A DNA stretch of 64,000 nucleotides from Babesia bigemina (taxonomy: Eukaryota), in the NCBI RefSeq assembly GCF_000981445.1, contig NC_027218.1, positions 1,674,001 to 1,738,000 on the forward strand. Direction: 5' to 3'. The notes under the pieces were generated by a model. It searched no databases. It was not told the DNA's origin and worked only from the letters and a program-made list of their open reading frames with translations. The position numbers were made by a program, and so were the translations under genes. Positions 22,881 through 34,201 of this stretch are shown here, one piece after another (position 1 is the stretch's first letter; each line of letters starts with the position of its first letter).

Positions 22881-24784
22881 TAGGCAGCTTAGATTTGGTA
22901 ACCAATTTGGCAATGACACACTTTAATTGTCATAATACATGTTTGTACCTCTGTTGGTGTGTTCGTTCCCTTGGCAACCTATCGCCATTAGGGCAAAATG
23001 TATTGATTTATGTAATACAGCTCATAGTCGTGATATGGTGTTGTCACTGCTGTTTATAACGTATGTATTTGGCAGTAAACACAGTTCTGAGGATGACGAG
23101 GGTATCTGCGCCATCAGCCCATTGTCCTAATTTTTTCATCTCGACAATTAAGAAGGTATCATAAGTTCACTCACACAAATGGTCAACGGTTAAACGACCG
23201 TTAACACCTTTAACACACAACAACGTAGACTATACAGCACGCATTGTAGCATTTCGGTAACTCCAGCCATTTTGATTAATCACAGCGGCAGTGCTTGACT
23301 GCACCAGGCTGTTGGTCGTGAGGCATACAACTAGTGCGTTACCTCATAGTTGTGTGTTTACAGTGCACGATATACGATGTGCTGTAATGCTTCAGCAAGT
23401 AATATAGGTAACTGCAATCTAAGATTTCCTACGTGTCACCTAACTCAGCGTAAATTCAGACGTGATAGACGAGTGAAACGTTGGGATTTATTCACAATGG
23501 GATATTAAGCGTCAGGAAAGCGACTCAGATTCTGGAAATCGAGTGAATGGCAGAATTAACTGTAACACCCTCGACAACGCTCAGCTCAATAGTGAATTCG
23601 ATCTCACCGTACGTGTACATTGATAACTTGCGTTAGACCAAGTTGTCCGGTATAAACATCATAAGCACGTTAGAAATAGGATTCATATATGACCCTCCAT
23701 GTGAAAACGTAGCGAATGTGGTTAAATGATTGAATATAAAGGCGTATTTGGGAGGACGTCACAATGCTACCCTCCACCGGATTGAGGTGGATGACCTTAA
23801 TACGACAGGAAGGTATTGACGAAAATCACCTACCCTTGCAACGTGCTATGCATTATCACTAACATATCACATAAAATAATGAGTAACTCAGTGTCTTTCG
23901 AGATTTTTGCCCAACATTGGCCGAGAGACAGGGCTGCAGTTTTCAACTACGATGGACCATGAGGAGGCCACTATGTTGTCTCCTAATCCGCATATTTCCA
24001 AATAAGATCGTAGCATATCTATTTAGTTGCATCCCAACGTGTATAAGCTTTCGTCACCAATGTTGTGGCTGCCAAACGCTGCCGTACGATTACGAGCACT
24101 GCTTGAGCTTTAATAGAGCGACAATGTACGGAGCATTTCGCAACGAAGCACCAAGATTTCCTCGAATTTGATTGTTTGTTGTATATGGTGTTTCGATCAA
24201 GCCAGTCTAAAGTTGAAAAAGCGACGGTATATCTCCACACTGGTTGTTACTTTCGTCCCCGGTTTCTTCTAGGTAGCGAAAACGTCCATTCCACAACGTT
24301 TGTCACTACGTATCGTATTAATTGGAGACTCATGCTCATATCCATCCCACTAAGCAGCATCCTGACATAGTCCGGACGTCCATCATAAGGCCTAATCACA
24401 TTCCACCTCAAAGCGGCGGTGTCATCCAATAACGAAGGCCAACTATTTAGCGCGAAAATGCTAGGCAACCGTAATTAAGTGTACGATACGCAGTGCCTCG
24501 AGTTTCTCTTTACGCCTTTTCCCTGCGCAATCCTGTCTTGCTGAAATCTGAAGAACCACCGACGCAATTTTGTTGCTGCTTCTGTATTGTTTAAATGAGC
24601 TAATCTCCATTGTCGGATACCATAATGAGAATTCATCATCTTCCATATAACGTGAATTGCTGGGACCTCCTCCTTTGGCCTTCAAATTTTCTAAAATAAA
24701 TGGAACCTTGCGTTCGATTTGTTCTCGTCTGAGTTAAGGCTCAGCTAGTGAATACTCGACAAGTTCAGTTGACGTTTTTCATTT

Positions 24785-25369
24785 TCAATTTGCGTATTTA
24801 TGAATGAAGGCTTCGGCTTCTCGCATAAAGTTTACGTAGTACTCTCCAATGCCGTATGTCAGCAGGTGCAATGCTAACTGCTCTTTGTTTTTGAACCTCT
24901 GTTCTAGACTTCTGAGAGCGTTTTTGAGTTCAGCTGCTCTCTCCGAAGTTGTACCAGTTTTCTTACTTTCCCTGCTTAAGGTAATGTACTCATCCAGAAT
25001 ACCTGCTAGTTCTACGTAATACTTGGCATCACGGATTACATCTTCAACTAGCTTAATTGCACCGCTACACCCCTCGAGTTCTATTCTTTTATTTTCTTCC
25101 GGAGCGTCAGAGTCACTGATTTCATCCGCGATAGCGCACAAATTCCTGTGCAGTTTTTCGGCGCTTACATATAGCGTCGTTAGGTGTTCCAGATTCAGAT
25201 GCAACTCTGCATTAGCAGCGTAAAATGCAATGTTTTTGCCGCGCAGTTTTTCAGCATGCTGACTTCTTTCTGCACCCGGATTGCCCATAGCAGACTCGTA
25301 AAATACGATCATGTAGAAGCACAGAAGGGATGTTACCACTTGCCTTCCATAATACCGAATAGATGCCAT
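24785..25369 (-). CDS. Secreted helical protein, paralog of 17819-18652 without the GPI tail
   Basis: Aligns by eye with 17819-18652 (MASI, AFYA, TTL, SD..E..EL..C, KY..LA, G.T.ER.AEL, L..LE..FKN.E). It stops right after the helical domain. Confidence 0.7.
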   Translation of the reverse strand: MASIRYYGRQVVTSLLCFYMIVFYESAMGNPGAERSQHAEKLRGKNIAFYAANAELHLNLEHLTTLYVSAEKLHRNLCAIADEISDSDAPEENKRIELEGCSGAIKLVEDVIRDAKYYVELAGILDEYITLSRESKKTGTTSERAAELKNALRSLEQRFKNKEQLALHLLTYGIGEYYVNFMREAEAFIHKYAN

Positions 25370-26959
25370 TTTCACAACAATAACGGAACAATATCCCAAA
25401 ACGTGTACAAGAAAAGAACAATAAACGGTCAAATTCCGTAATTTGAGATACCAGTCCAGAGCGTTTTAGACAAAATCCAGTTGTCCGTTTTGAAGGGCCA
25501 ACGAAAGGTTAACAGTTGTATCCCCTTTGGTCGAAGAATTTATGCGGGACAAAATTTGCAGATGAAAGAAAATTCTTCTGACACGTCAAATACACTCTAG
25601 TGAGGCTTTACAAAGTGGGGTTCGTGGAAAACTTTCCTGCCATAAGACTATGTAAGGCTATGCAACCCAGCGATTTTCTTTGCTACCTGATATTATGGTG
25701 TTGCCGAATGAGACCACCCATCAACCAACCAGCAACCTACGGTTTCATGTAGCGATTCCACAAGTAATTTAAAATGCCATCTCTATTAGTGTATAGCTAT
25801 TGTGCGGTCATTGGCTGCGCAATTCTGGGATTGGTTTTCGTATTCACTGAAGCCTCACACCCCGCACGCTGAGAATGCCTCCCCGCGCAACAACCCTCAT
25901 ATGGCTCTCCTACAACGCAACCGTACGTCTCATGGTTGGAGACCTCTGCCACTTGCAGTAGCAATCGGTGACAATCATAGTCACCTCTGTCCTGCATGTA
26001 GCAGGCTACACTCGCGGCAATACAACGTATTATGATATGTCTACTTTACTTATGGAGAGCGTAGCGCACACATGAACGGAATTTATGCAACTAGGGATGC
26101 CGATGGCCCTAGCAGTTGGACGATCGACATGGTTATGACTCTCTTAGACATTCAACGGGCAAATACCCATACGTACAGTGATGTGTGTGAAATGTAAGGC
26201 TCATTCAAACACATATAACAAAGGATTCCACTGCGACTAAGCCAGATGGTCGTACCTATTCAGACGAGCCTTCGTGCCGCGCCTCAGTTATCCTGGCTTC
26301 GGAGCGTATCCTAATGAATCGACCCACTAATATATAATTTAAACATTACACACCTACTAACTCGTCGCATTTAAGACAAATTATGGCATGTGTAAGCTAA
26401 CATCGCAGAAGCGTCACGATAGCGGTAACAGTGCGTGTACATGTAACCGGTGGCCGCAACAGCGCTCAAACGTGATAAAAAGGTTAAAATATCTACACTG
26501 ATGCTACGCGGAAAACGACTGTCATGTCAATGGGAATATGCCACAGCGTGTCGTAGAAGGCAGTGACGTAAGCACGCTCCGATGTTTGAATGAGTAGAAG
26601 ATTCCTTGCCGCACGGTACTCCCTGCACATCACACCTATTATTTAATGCAATTTAGACCCCTTATAATATAGAATCATGAGATAAATGTGTGCAATATAA
26701 TATCACGGTAAACACTGTGTTGCAGCGACTGCCTTAGAATTTATTCGTGATTATAGACCTTTCTGCAGTGCTACACATGTGCAGAGTTATGGAATATTGT
26801 AGTTTCTGCAGCACACATTCGCGCTTGGTCAGCGTACACAGGTAAGTACCAGCCTAAGACGAAAATTGCTGCCCAGGGAGAGACGCTATCCCCACGGAAT
26901 TCCCCGCACAGCTAGTTGAAGTAACGCACACTCGTATTTGATTCGAATATTAGGACAAA

Positions 26960-27622
26960 ATGATCGCACTTTTTGCTGTCCCCGCCATTCTTTGCAGCGG
27001 CTTCTTCATGGGAGGAGGTGTGTACGCGTACGTCGCCAAGCGATCCGCGGTTTCACTCCTTGCCTCCGCCGCTATCTCTGGCGCATACGCCGGTAGGTGT
27101 TGCGTGTGTGACACTACACTTTATGCAGGCTGCTCCTATGTTATTTTGGCGAAGCCTTCTGCGTACATTGGATTCTGTCTAGCCGCAACCACTTCCATAC
27201 TAGCCCTCGGCCTGGGATGCTACAAACTCTTCTTCGAGCACCACTCAACGGTGAGTGATACCTGGATGCATGGACGCCAGTTATTTATCTATGTGCCTGT
27301 GTGTAGGTGGTGTTGGCCTGTGCGCTTCATATATTTTTATAATGAACATTGGATGGAATTCCGAATTTCCTTGCGTAAATACTGGATTTGCTTTAATGTG
27401 AATCGGTTAAATTCGGTTTTTGTGTTATTCGATGTGTCCTTGTGTGCCTTCCGGTTGTGCATTGCATGTTGCCGACATTTTGTAAATGGAGCTCAGACGG
27501 CAAAGAGGAACGTCGCGGTTGCAATTTACAGCACTGGCTTGGGTACTACCTGCTTCTACATTGCTGTTTTGTTCGCCAAGAAATTTCTGGCGGCTTCCGA
27601 CGCATCGCCGATGCCATTTTGA
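26960..27622 (+). CDS. TMEM14: TMEM14-family small membrane protein (3 exons; introns 27093-27128, 27251-27496)
   Basis: GGGVYAYVAKRSAVSLLAS resembles the TMEM14 GG..GY.K.GS..SL motif. Several short TM helices remain after removing two in-frame GT..AG introns. Confidence 0.7.
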   Translation: MIALFAVPAILCSGFFMGGGVYAYVAKRSAVSLLASAAISGAYAGRCCVCDTTLYAGCSYVILAKPSAYIGFCLAATTSILALGLGCYKLFFEHHSTVSDTWMHGRQLFIYVPVCRWCWPVRFIYFYNEHWMEFRISLRKYWICFNVNRLNSVFVLFDVSLCAFRLCIACCRHFVNGAQTAKRNVAVAIYSTGLGTTCFYIAVLFAKKFLAASDASPMPF

Positions 27623-27837
27623 GTAAAAGCCTCGAAGCCTCTCGCAGAAACTGCCATTTAATTTCTCAGCTTCGATTTGTTTTATGATTATACTACGTCA
27701 TAAGAATCTACATCTTACGCATACGTTCTGCAAAACCGTAGTTCGTTATATAAAAATGTACTTCGCAATCCTGGCGGGTGACAATCTTGGCCGACTACAA
27801 CCTCTCAGGCCACAACATATCAATCGTGAATAAGTGC

Positions 27838-28253
27838 AAGCATTGCCTTTGTGACGGCGCATCCTGACGACGAGAGCATGTTTTTGACTCCGTTGCTGGA
27901 GGTGCTAAGCGGTACCCCGTTAATCGTGGAGGGAAGGGTGCGTGTGGAGTTGCTTTCGCTGACTAAGGGTGAGTTGCGTTATGAATGCGATAAACGTGCA
28001 TACGCATCAGGTGACTTTGCGGGTCTCGGAGACGTGCGCACTGCGGAGCTGTATGCGCTGTGCCGTAAGTACAGGATGAACTGTAGTGTGGTGGACGAGA
28101 GTGAGTGGCAGGACGGCCCCGCCGCGTGGGACGTCGAGAAGGTCGCCGAGCGCATCGAGGCGTTCGTGAAGGAGCGCCGCGTCGCCGTCATTTTCACCTT
28201 CGACCGCCAAGGCGCATCCGGCCACCCCAACCACATCAGTGTACACAAGGCGG
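27838..28253 (+). pseudogene. Orphan internal fragment of PIG-L, near-identical to 40002-40417
   Basis: 416-bp copy with 4 substitutions counted by eye. It keeps the 42-nt intron, has an in-frame TGA just upstream, and lacks the TM anchor and C-terminus. Confidence 0.85.
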
Positions 28254-28767
28254 CGACCATGAATCCCATTAGAAGTCCGGTTATGTAACTTTAAAGAGAT
28301 ACCAGCGTAATATGTCGATAAATCGGCATCGCTTTGGGTGTTAATGTCGACACCGAGGGAGCCACTTATCCCGAATGTAAGACCTACGGCTCCTTCGTTG
28401 TAACGACCGAAAGTCTATAGAAGGCAATTCATACACGCAATATAAATGATGCGCATAAGTTATAAGGGCGTGCTATCGGAATAGATAACCACTGCAGATC
28501 TACGGGTGGTATACAGCGTCGTTGGACGTTGGAAGTCCGACGAACTTCACGGTAAAACATAACGGCGTAATGTACAGATGTAAAAATTTTAATGGCATAA
28601 TTCTCTACAACGTAGATAAATGAAGTGAATAACATTCTACCGTTCTCTGCCTTCATCCGTCGGCTTGGCGCCGACAACGTATGATGCCAATGATCTTCCA
28701 GGTCCTACGTACATAAAAGGGCGACCGTAACACACCGACATCCGTTTCGCATTAACGCTGATGAGAT

Positions 28768-29694
28768 ATGGGCGGTACAAGGCTATCATCGTATCTGCCG
28801 GTGCTCCTTTGCTGCCTCCTTGTGGCTGTTACAATAGGTTTGCCCGGCAATGCCGCTAGAGAAGTCGGGCAATCAACAGGCGGAGCTCGTGTCAGCTTGC
28901 AGCTTGCGAAGAAGAAGCCTGTAAAACCTGGGAAGGGCGAAGTCGAAGCTGAGATTCAGCCAGATGACTCCGCATCTGTCAGAAAAGGAACCGTCAAAAA
29001 GAAGCAAACCGTGCACATAAAGAGGAGCGACCATGAAGCTTTATACAAGAATATAAAAGCCAAGGTTGACAGCTTCAATGCTTCGCATGGATTAGCGAAC
29101 AGCTTTGAGCCCATAACGCTGCGTGACCGTCTCCACTGGTTGGCATGCTTCGCCGAGCAGTTGGCCGCGGCCAGGCGGTTCCTTACGTCTCTGGAGAATC
29201 TGATGGAATACAATAAAGGAAAAACTCCTGCAACGCTGTTGAAGCTGTTCAAAGACTACTCGGCCACCGTATACAACCTGAGCAGAACCCTGCTTATAAG
29301 AACGCCGAGTGTCAAGGATTGCCCCGTGAAAATAACGGAGAACAACCTGATCCCCACGTTTAGGCGCGTACAGGACATGCGGCACGAGTTGCTGGCAGAC
29401 GCGGCGGACATGAGGGAGATGGCTGGCTGGTTGGCGATAAACTTCAAGGACGTAGACATCGTGGTTCCGGGCAGCGAGTTTTTCAGAAATTGGCTGACAA
29501 CGGCGGGATACAGGGAAGAACTTTTTAAATCTAATATTAACTTCGCGTTGGTTGCAAAGGCGTTTGAGGAGCTAGCTGGACGTGAAGGTGAAGAGGACTC
29601 AGGGTACATTTCCCAGATCTTCTCATACATCGAGCCTATAGTGGAAACACCCGCCCCCCCTGTTGAGAAGCAGAGGTCGAAGAAACCTAGCTAG
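28768..29694 (+). CDS. Secreted hypothetical protein
   Basis: 308-aa ORF with signal peptide (YLPVLLCCLLVAVTIG), a Lys-rich linker and a helical domain. No family recognised. Confidence 0.7.
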   Translation: MGGTRLSSYLPVLLCCLLVAVTIGLPGNAAREVGQSTGGARVSLQLAKKKPVKPGKGEVEAEIQPDDSASVRKGTVKKKQTVHIKRSDHEALYKNIKAKVDSFNASHGLANSFEPITLRDRLHWLACFAEQLAAARRFLTSLENLMEYNKGKTPATLLKLFKDYSATVYNLSRTLLIRTPSVKDCPVKITENNLIPTFRRVQDMRHELLADAADMREMAGWLAINFKDVDIVVPGSEFFRNWLTTAGYREELFKSNINFALVAKAFEELAGREGEEDSGYISQIFSYIEPIVETPAPPVEKQRSKKPS

Positions 29695-30222
29695 ACACTT
29701 GTGATACCCTGCATTTAGAATCGGTCGTATGCATATAGGGTGTGATTACCATTGGGCCAAAGCGCCACCACCTCCGGTTAACGGCTGACGCCCCAGCAAT
29801 TTTTCGTCGGCCACTTAAATGTAGCAAAAACGATATTGTGTGCTTTAATCTAGGCGTACATGCCCGGATGATGCTGTGTATATGTGACATTGGCGCCGGG
29901 CTCTGGTGAAATGTCCATTAAAACAAGAATGTCAGTGCGACCCGTTAGGCTGCGTAATGTCTCCGATTTGTTCGTGTTTTACCCAATGCAGCATAACGAA
30001 TCGCGAGGTACAGCACAGCTAGACAGGCAGATGCCGAACCCAATTCTTAATGACAGTATTTTAAAACCACAATCGTCAACTTAGTAGAGTTGTGCGTCGT
30101 ATGCGCCTGATAGTTCATGGTTGTGGCCAGCGTGTATGTTCATGGGCCTGAGCCCATGAACACAGCATCTTACGCCTAATTAACTGCCGTCTATTAGCTC
30201 TCGGTATAGTAAACAAATTCAG

Positions 30223-32013
30223 TCACATTTGTTCATCTTCATGCTCCTTCACGATGCGCGACCACGATCTGGGCAGGTGGTCCAGCACGAAGTGCGCATG
30301 TTTTAGGGACATCGTTAGCGATACCACGCGCTGGATCTCTGAAAGATCGAAGTCCGACTCCAACTGCTCCATCGCCGCCAAGACCGCCTCCAATATGTGA
30401 GAGCGCGTTTTATCCTTGGCACGCAGCAACGCGTCGTAGGGTTGCGGCGCCGACTCCGAATACCTCGGGAGCCCCGTTGCCTTTGCAGCGACGCACGCCG
30501 CGTAATCCAGCGGTTCTGGCAGCATATGCAGATAGCAAACAGCCGTGTAGAAGAAGAGCAGTTGCTTCGGCGCCATTTTGTTGAGCTGCCCAAGGGAGTG
30601 CAAGACGTTGCGCACCACAACGTCTCGCAACTTGCCCAGTAACTCCGCCGGTGCCTCTCCCGCCTCAGCCTCACCCCTATACACCTGGCTAAGTCTAGCG
30701 ATGCTGCTGGGCTCAAAGTGCAGGCTGTTGCGCTCCAGGTGCGGCATGAGCGACTCTAGGACCCTGTTCAGCATGCCGAACCGCGAGAATGCCCACAGCA
30801 CGCGAGCCAAGTGCCGATGGTATATGTTGTTGACTTTGAGCGGATTTCGCATCTCCTCTGCGACCATTGTCAGGTAGCCCTCGTGCGAAACACCGAGCCG
30901 GCAAAGGCTGCAGACGTTCGCGAGCTTGTTAGAGAGCGGCGTCTGGTCGTTAAGCTCAATTATGCGCTGCATCAATATAGCGATAACCGGGAAATCGAGC
31001 TTCGCCGAGTCACGTTCAGCGCGTTCGGCGAACACCCCCAGCAGGTCACACAGCTCGTTTGAGTCAAACGTCTGCATCTCGTACTCCAGTTGCGGCAGCA
31101 AAGCGTCGCCACCGAAATCCACCAGGTCACTGCACAGCTTCCTAAGCTCTTTGCAGCGCAATGTTGAAGTGATCAGCGTCCAAGGCTTCAATATGGACGC
31201 CTGGTATTTGCCCAGGTCCAGCATGTCGACCTCGAGTGGAACCGACGCCGTGTCCCCCTGCAGCACGTGCGCACGCTGCACTATCCGCGATATGTTGCGC
31301 ACCAGCCCCAGCCGGTTTATAACCGTGATAGAACCGAACACGTGCTTGTCCTGCAGTCGCTTCAAGATCTCCCGGAATACCTTCAGGTTCCTCAGCCCCT
31401 GCAGCTGCAGGCTGGTGTTGAGCAACTGCACGCAGTCGGCAGCGCTGTAGTCCACCATGCGGTCGATAAAGGTTTCCACCAGCGAGTCCTCTATTGCACG
31501 CTGCCTGATGAATGCAGGCAGTTTGGAGTACGCAATGGCTATCTGCAGAACGACTGCAGGCGGGAACTTGTGCGCATTGTACGCCACGTTGTGCTCCAGA
31601 TGAGGCAAGAAAGTCTCCCTGATAAAATTCTTCGGTATCGGCTTCCTCAACACTATATTTGCCTCTGCTTCATTCTTGACGATATCGCTTTGCGCTTGCG
31701 AGTGCTGGCTCGACACATGAGCCTCTTGCCTGCTTGCAGGCTCCTGGGGGGTAGAGTCGGTCCTCAAAGCACCAAAGCAGCGAGCCATTCGCGCCCTCCG
31801 CGCGGCGATAGCTTCAGCGGCCGCGAACTTGAGACAGTGCAGTTGAGGAAGAGAATTGCTGCACAATCCGCGCCTGCACGTGGAAACAGACAACCGTGCG
31901 GCGGTGCAGCCACCGGCTGGCAGGCCATGACTCCGTAAAATCCCGATGTACCGCCGATTGTAATCATAACAAGACCTCATCGCCGCCTTTTGGGCGAGGC
32001 CGTTCAACGCCAT
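30223..32013 (-). CDS. Putative mitochondrial helical-repeat (HPR/RAP-associated type) RNA-binding protein
   Basis: Arg/Ala/Ser-rich presequence-like N-terminus. Repeated helix pairs such as PPAVVLQIAIAYSKL, HLARVLWAFSRFG and PKQLLFFYTAVCYL. Confidence 0.55.
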   Translation of the reverse strand: MALNGLAQKAAMRSCYDYNRRYIGILRSHGLPAGGCTAARLSVSTCRRGLCSNSLPQLHCLKFAAAEAIAARRARMARCFGALRTDSTPQEPASRQEAHVSSQHSQAQSDIVKNEAEANIVLRKPIPKNFIRETFLPHLEHNVAYNAHKFPPAVVLQIAIAYSKLPAFIRQRAIEDSLVETFIDRMVDYSAADCVQLLNTSLQLQGLRNLKVFREILKRLQDKHVFGSITVINRLGLVRNISRIVQRAHVLQGDTASVPLEVDMLDLGKYQASILKPWTLITSTLRCKELRKLCSDLVDFGGDALLPQLEYEMQTFDSNELCDLLGVFAERAERDSAKLDFPVIAILMQRIIELNDQTPLSNKLANVCSLCRLGVSHEGYLTMVAEEMRNPLKVNNIYHRHLARVLWAFSRFGMLNRVLESLMPHLERNSLHFEPSSIARLSQVYRGEAEAGEAPAELLGKLRDVVVRNVLHSLGQLNKMAPKQLLFFYTAVCYLHMLPEPLDYAACVAAKATGLPRYSESAPQPYDALLRAKDKTRSHILEAVLAAMEQLESDFDLSEIQRVVSLTMSLKHAHFVLDHLPRSWSRIVKEHEDEQM

Positions 32014-33326
32014 ATTCCTTACGTCGACTCAAGTTATTCCATAACAGTGAACCAAAACTCCAATAGGGTACTGGACCACGCGATGCCACGTAATCTGGCC
32101 TAATCCATAACCGCCGAAAAGCACGCCAAATCTAGGAAGGCTGTAAAAGAATCCGTAAAGACAACTCCGATACGGCAGACATTATCTGACCATGGCGTGA
32201 CACCTTATAGAACCGCGCAGGATACCCTGATGAAGCAAAAATCTAACATGAATCATAGCTCATAGATCGTATATGTTGCGAATGATGCCCTAGGGCCCTA
32301 TCTAGGCGAGGAAGGTACGCTTTGTGCTGAGGTCAGTACCAAAACACCACCAGATGTGTAGAGAGCAATATATGCCTTCACACTTTAAATGTCGTGATGA
32401 ACACCAATCGAAAATAAACAAGATGCGCCGGCGTATCTTACCTTATGCGGACCATGCCGACGTAGAGCAATGGAATTGCGACGAGAGCTCGGAGCAGCGA
32501 ACGAATCGTCACATGACGCAGCCAATACAATGCACTAGCAACACATACGCATAGAAAATAGGCCGAGCATAAGCGCCTCGCGGCGAACACTCCGAATCAA
32601 GGTATGCGTTGGAACCGGAATCTCACTCAGGAATTGCCGGATGCAGATCCGGACGACCCTCACTTATCAAAAACAGCCACATTGAGCGCTCAATTTCCAT
32701 TGGAAATATACACATCTACCGCGGCACTGCGTCATGTGTGTGGAATCTCAATGGTAGGCAAGGCTGGATGCGGCAAGTCTATTTACGGTGGCGCAGGGCG
32801 GCTTTCCGCATACGATTTATATTCTACATGGCTATTACCGCAACACCGTCGAAATGTGTGGATTTTAGATACACATACGCACGTTATCATCTTTGTATCT
32901 CATGCGTTCGTGTCCGTCATACCCTAGCAGCGGCTACACAGGACGCGGATTTCCAGTAATCGTTAGCCATAACACGAGTCAAGCCAAAGTATGGCGACGA
33001 ACCGCTATTTCTCGCGGAAAAATGATCGGCAGTCCGGCGGCTTATATAAGCTATAGATTGTTTTACGCATGCATGCCTACAAGCAATGTAGGCGTTGACG
33101 CTTAGAGTCCAGCCGCAGCGGATGCCACGGTCGCGCGAGCCACATCGTCCGGCAAATTTACACCGAAACGCGTTTCGGTTTAGCGTTGCACACGTCCTAA
33201 TTGGATACCTTTATCGCGGCCAAATATTTCATCGCAGATGCGCGAGTTGACCAATGGCGTAGGATTCTTTACGCCGCTGGTCACCTGATTTCTGCAATGT
33301 AATAGCTGCACTGTTCATAATACAGA

Positions 33327-34201
33327 ATGGTTCCACATATAATTCTCGGTGGAATTGCGGGGTGCCTCTTCGCCTATTACTCCTGTCGTGTGGTCGGTTT
33401 TCAAGGCAACCGTATGGTCGTAGATTCCTTGATGAAAAATGTCAAATACGACGGGGAGGCGACAGTAGCATTCGTGATTTCTTACCCGGGTGACGAGAGC
33501 AGGTTTTTCACCCCGTTGATGGAGTTGCTGCGGTTGCGGGCGAATGACCCGGAGAAGCGCTTCAAGTTGGCAGTGTTGACGCTAGTGCCAGGTGAGTTGG
33601 GGGTGTCGACCATCACATGTGCCGCAGCGAAGTATAATCCCGATGCGCTACAGCGCATCATTGAGATGCAGGGAGTATGTCGTAAGTACAACATGATTTG
33701 CCTCTTGGAGCATCACCCGTTGGAAGGTGACGAGGCCACAAACTTCTGGAAACCAAGCGTGGTTGCCGACCGCATAGTCGATTTCTTGGAGGAAAACAAG
33801 GCGAGGCATCTTTTCACGTTCGACAAATTTGGCATGGACGGTGATCGTGCTCGCATCGCTGTCCACCAGGGTGTCATGGAGCTAACGTCAAAGATGCCTT
33901 CGTGTCATATTTGGTTGCTCCACAGTTACTCAAAGGTGTATAATGCGTTGCCATTGTTGGCGACGATGAAGGCCGCGTTCGGCGGGTGAGTTGAGTGAGC
34001 GTTTTGGTTGCATGTGTCTGCAGGGGCTATCGGGTTGTGTTATACTCGCCCTTTGAGGTGACCAAAAATATGCGGATTCATAGGAGCCAGTGGCTGTGGG
34101 ATACTACCTTTTGGGCCTTCTGGTCTCCTTACAGCTACAGCAATATCTACGAGAGGCTGGATAGCGACGACGCGTCGTCTTACGTTTACGTGTCTGAGTA
34201 G
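33327..34201 (+). CDS. PIG-L-like paralog A, degenerate active site (introns 33592-33627, 33986-34023)
   Basis: N-terminal TM, VAFVISYPGDESRFFTP, LFTFDKFGMDGDRARI and M..HRSQW...SPYSYSN. Colinear with the canonical copy. Confidence 0.85.

Noticed and set aside
27251..27496. 82-aa hydrophobic insert in the TMEM14 ORF
   Set aside because: Bounded by GTGAGT..CAG and T-rich. Best read as an in-frame, stop-free intron.
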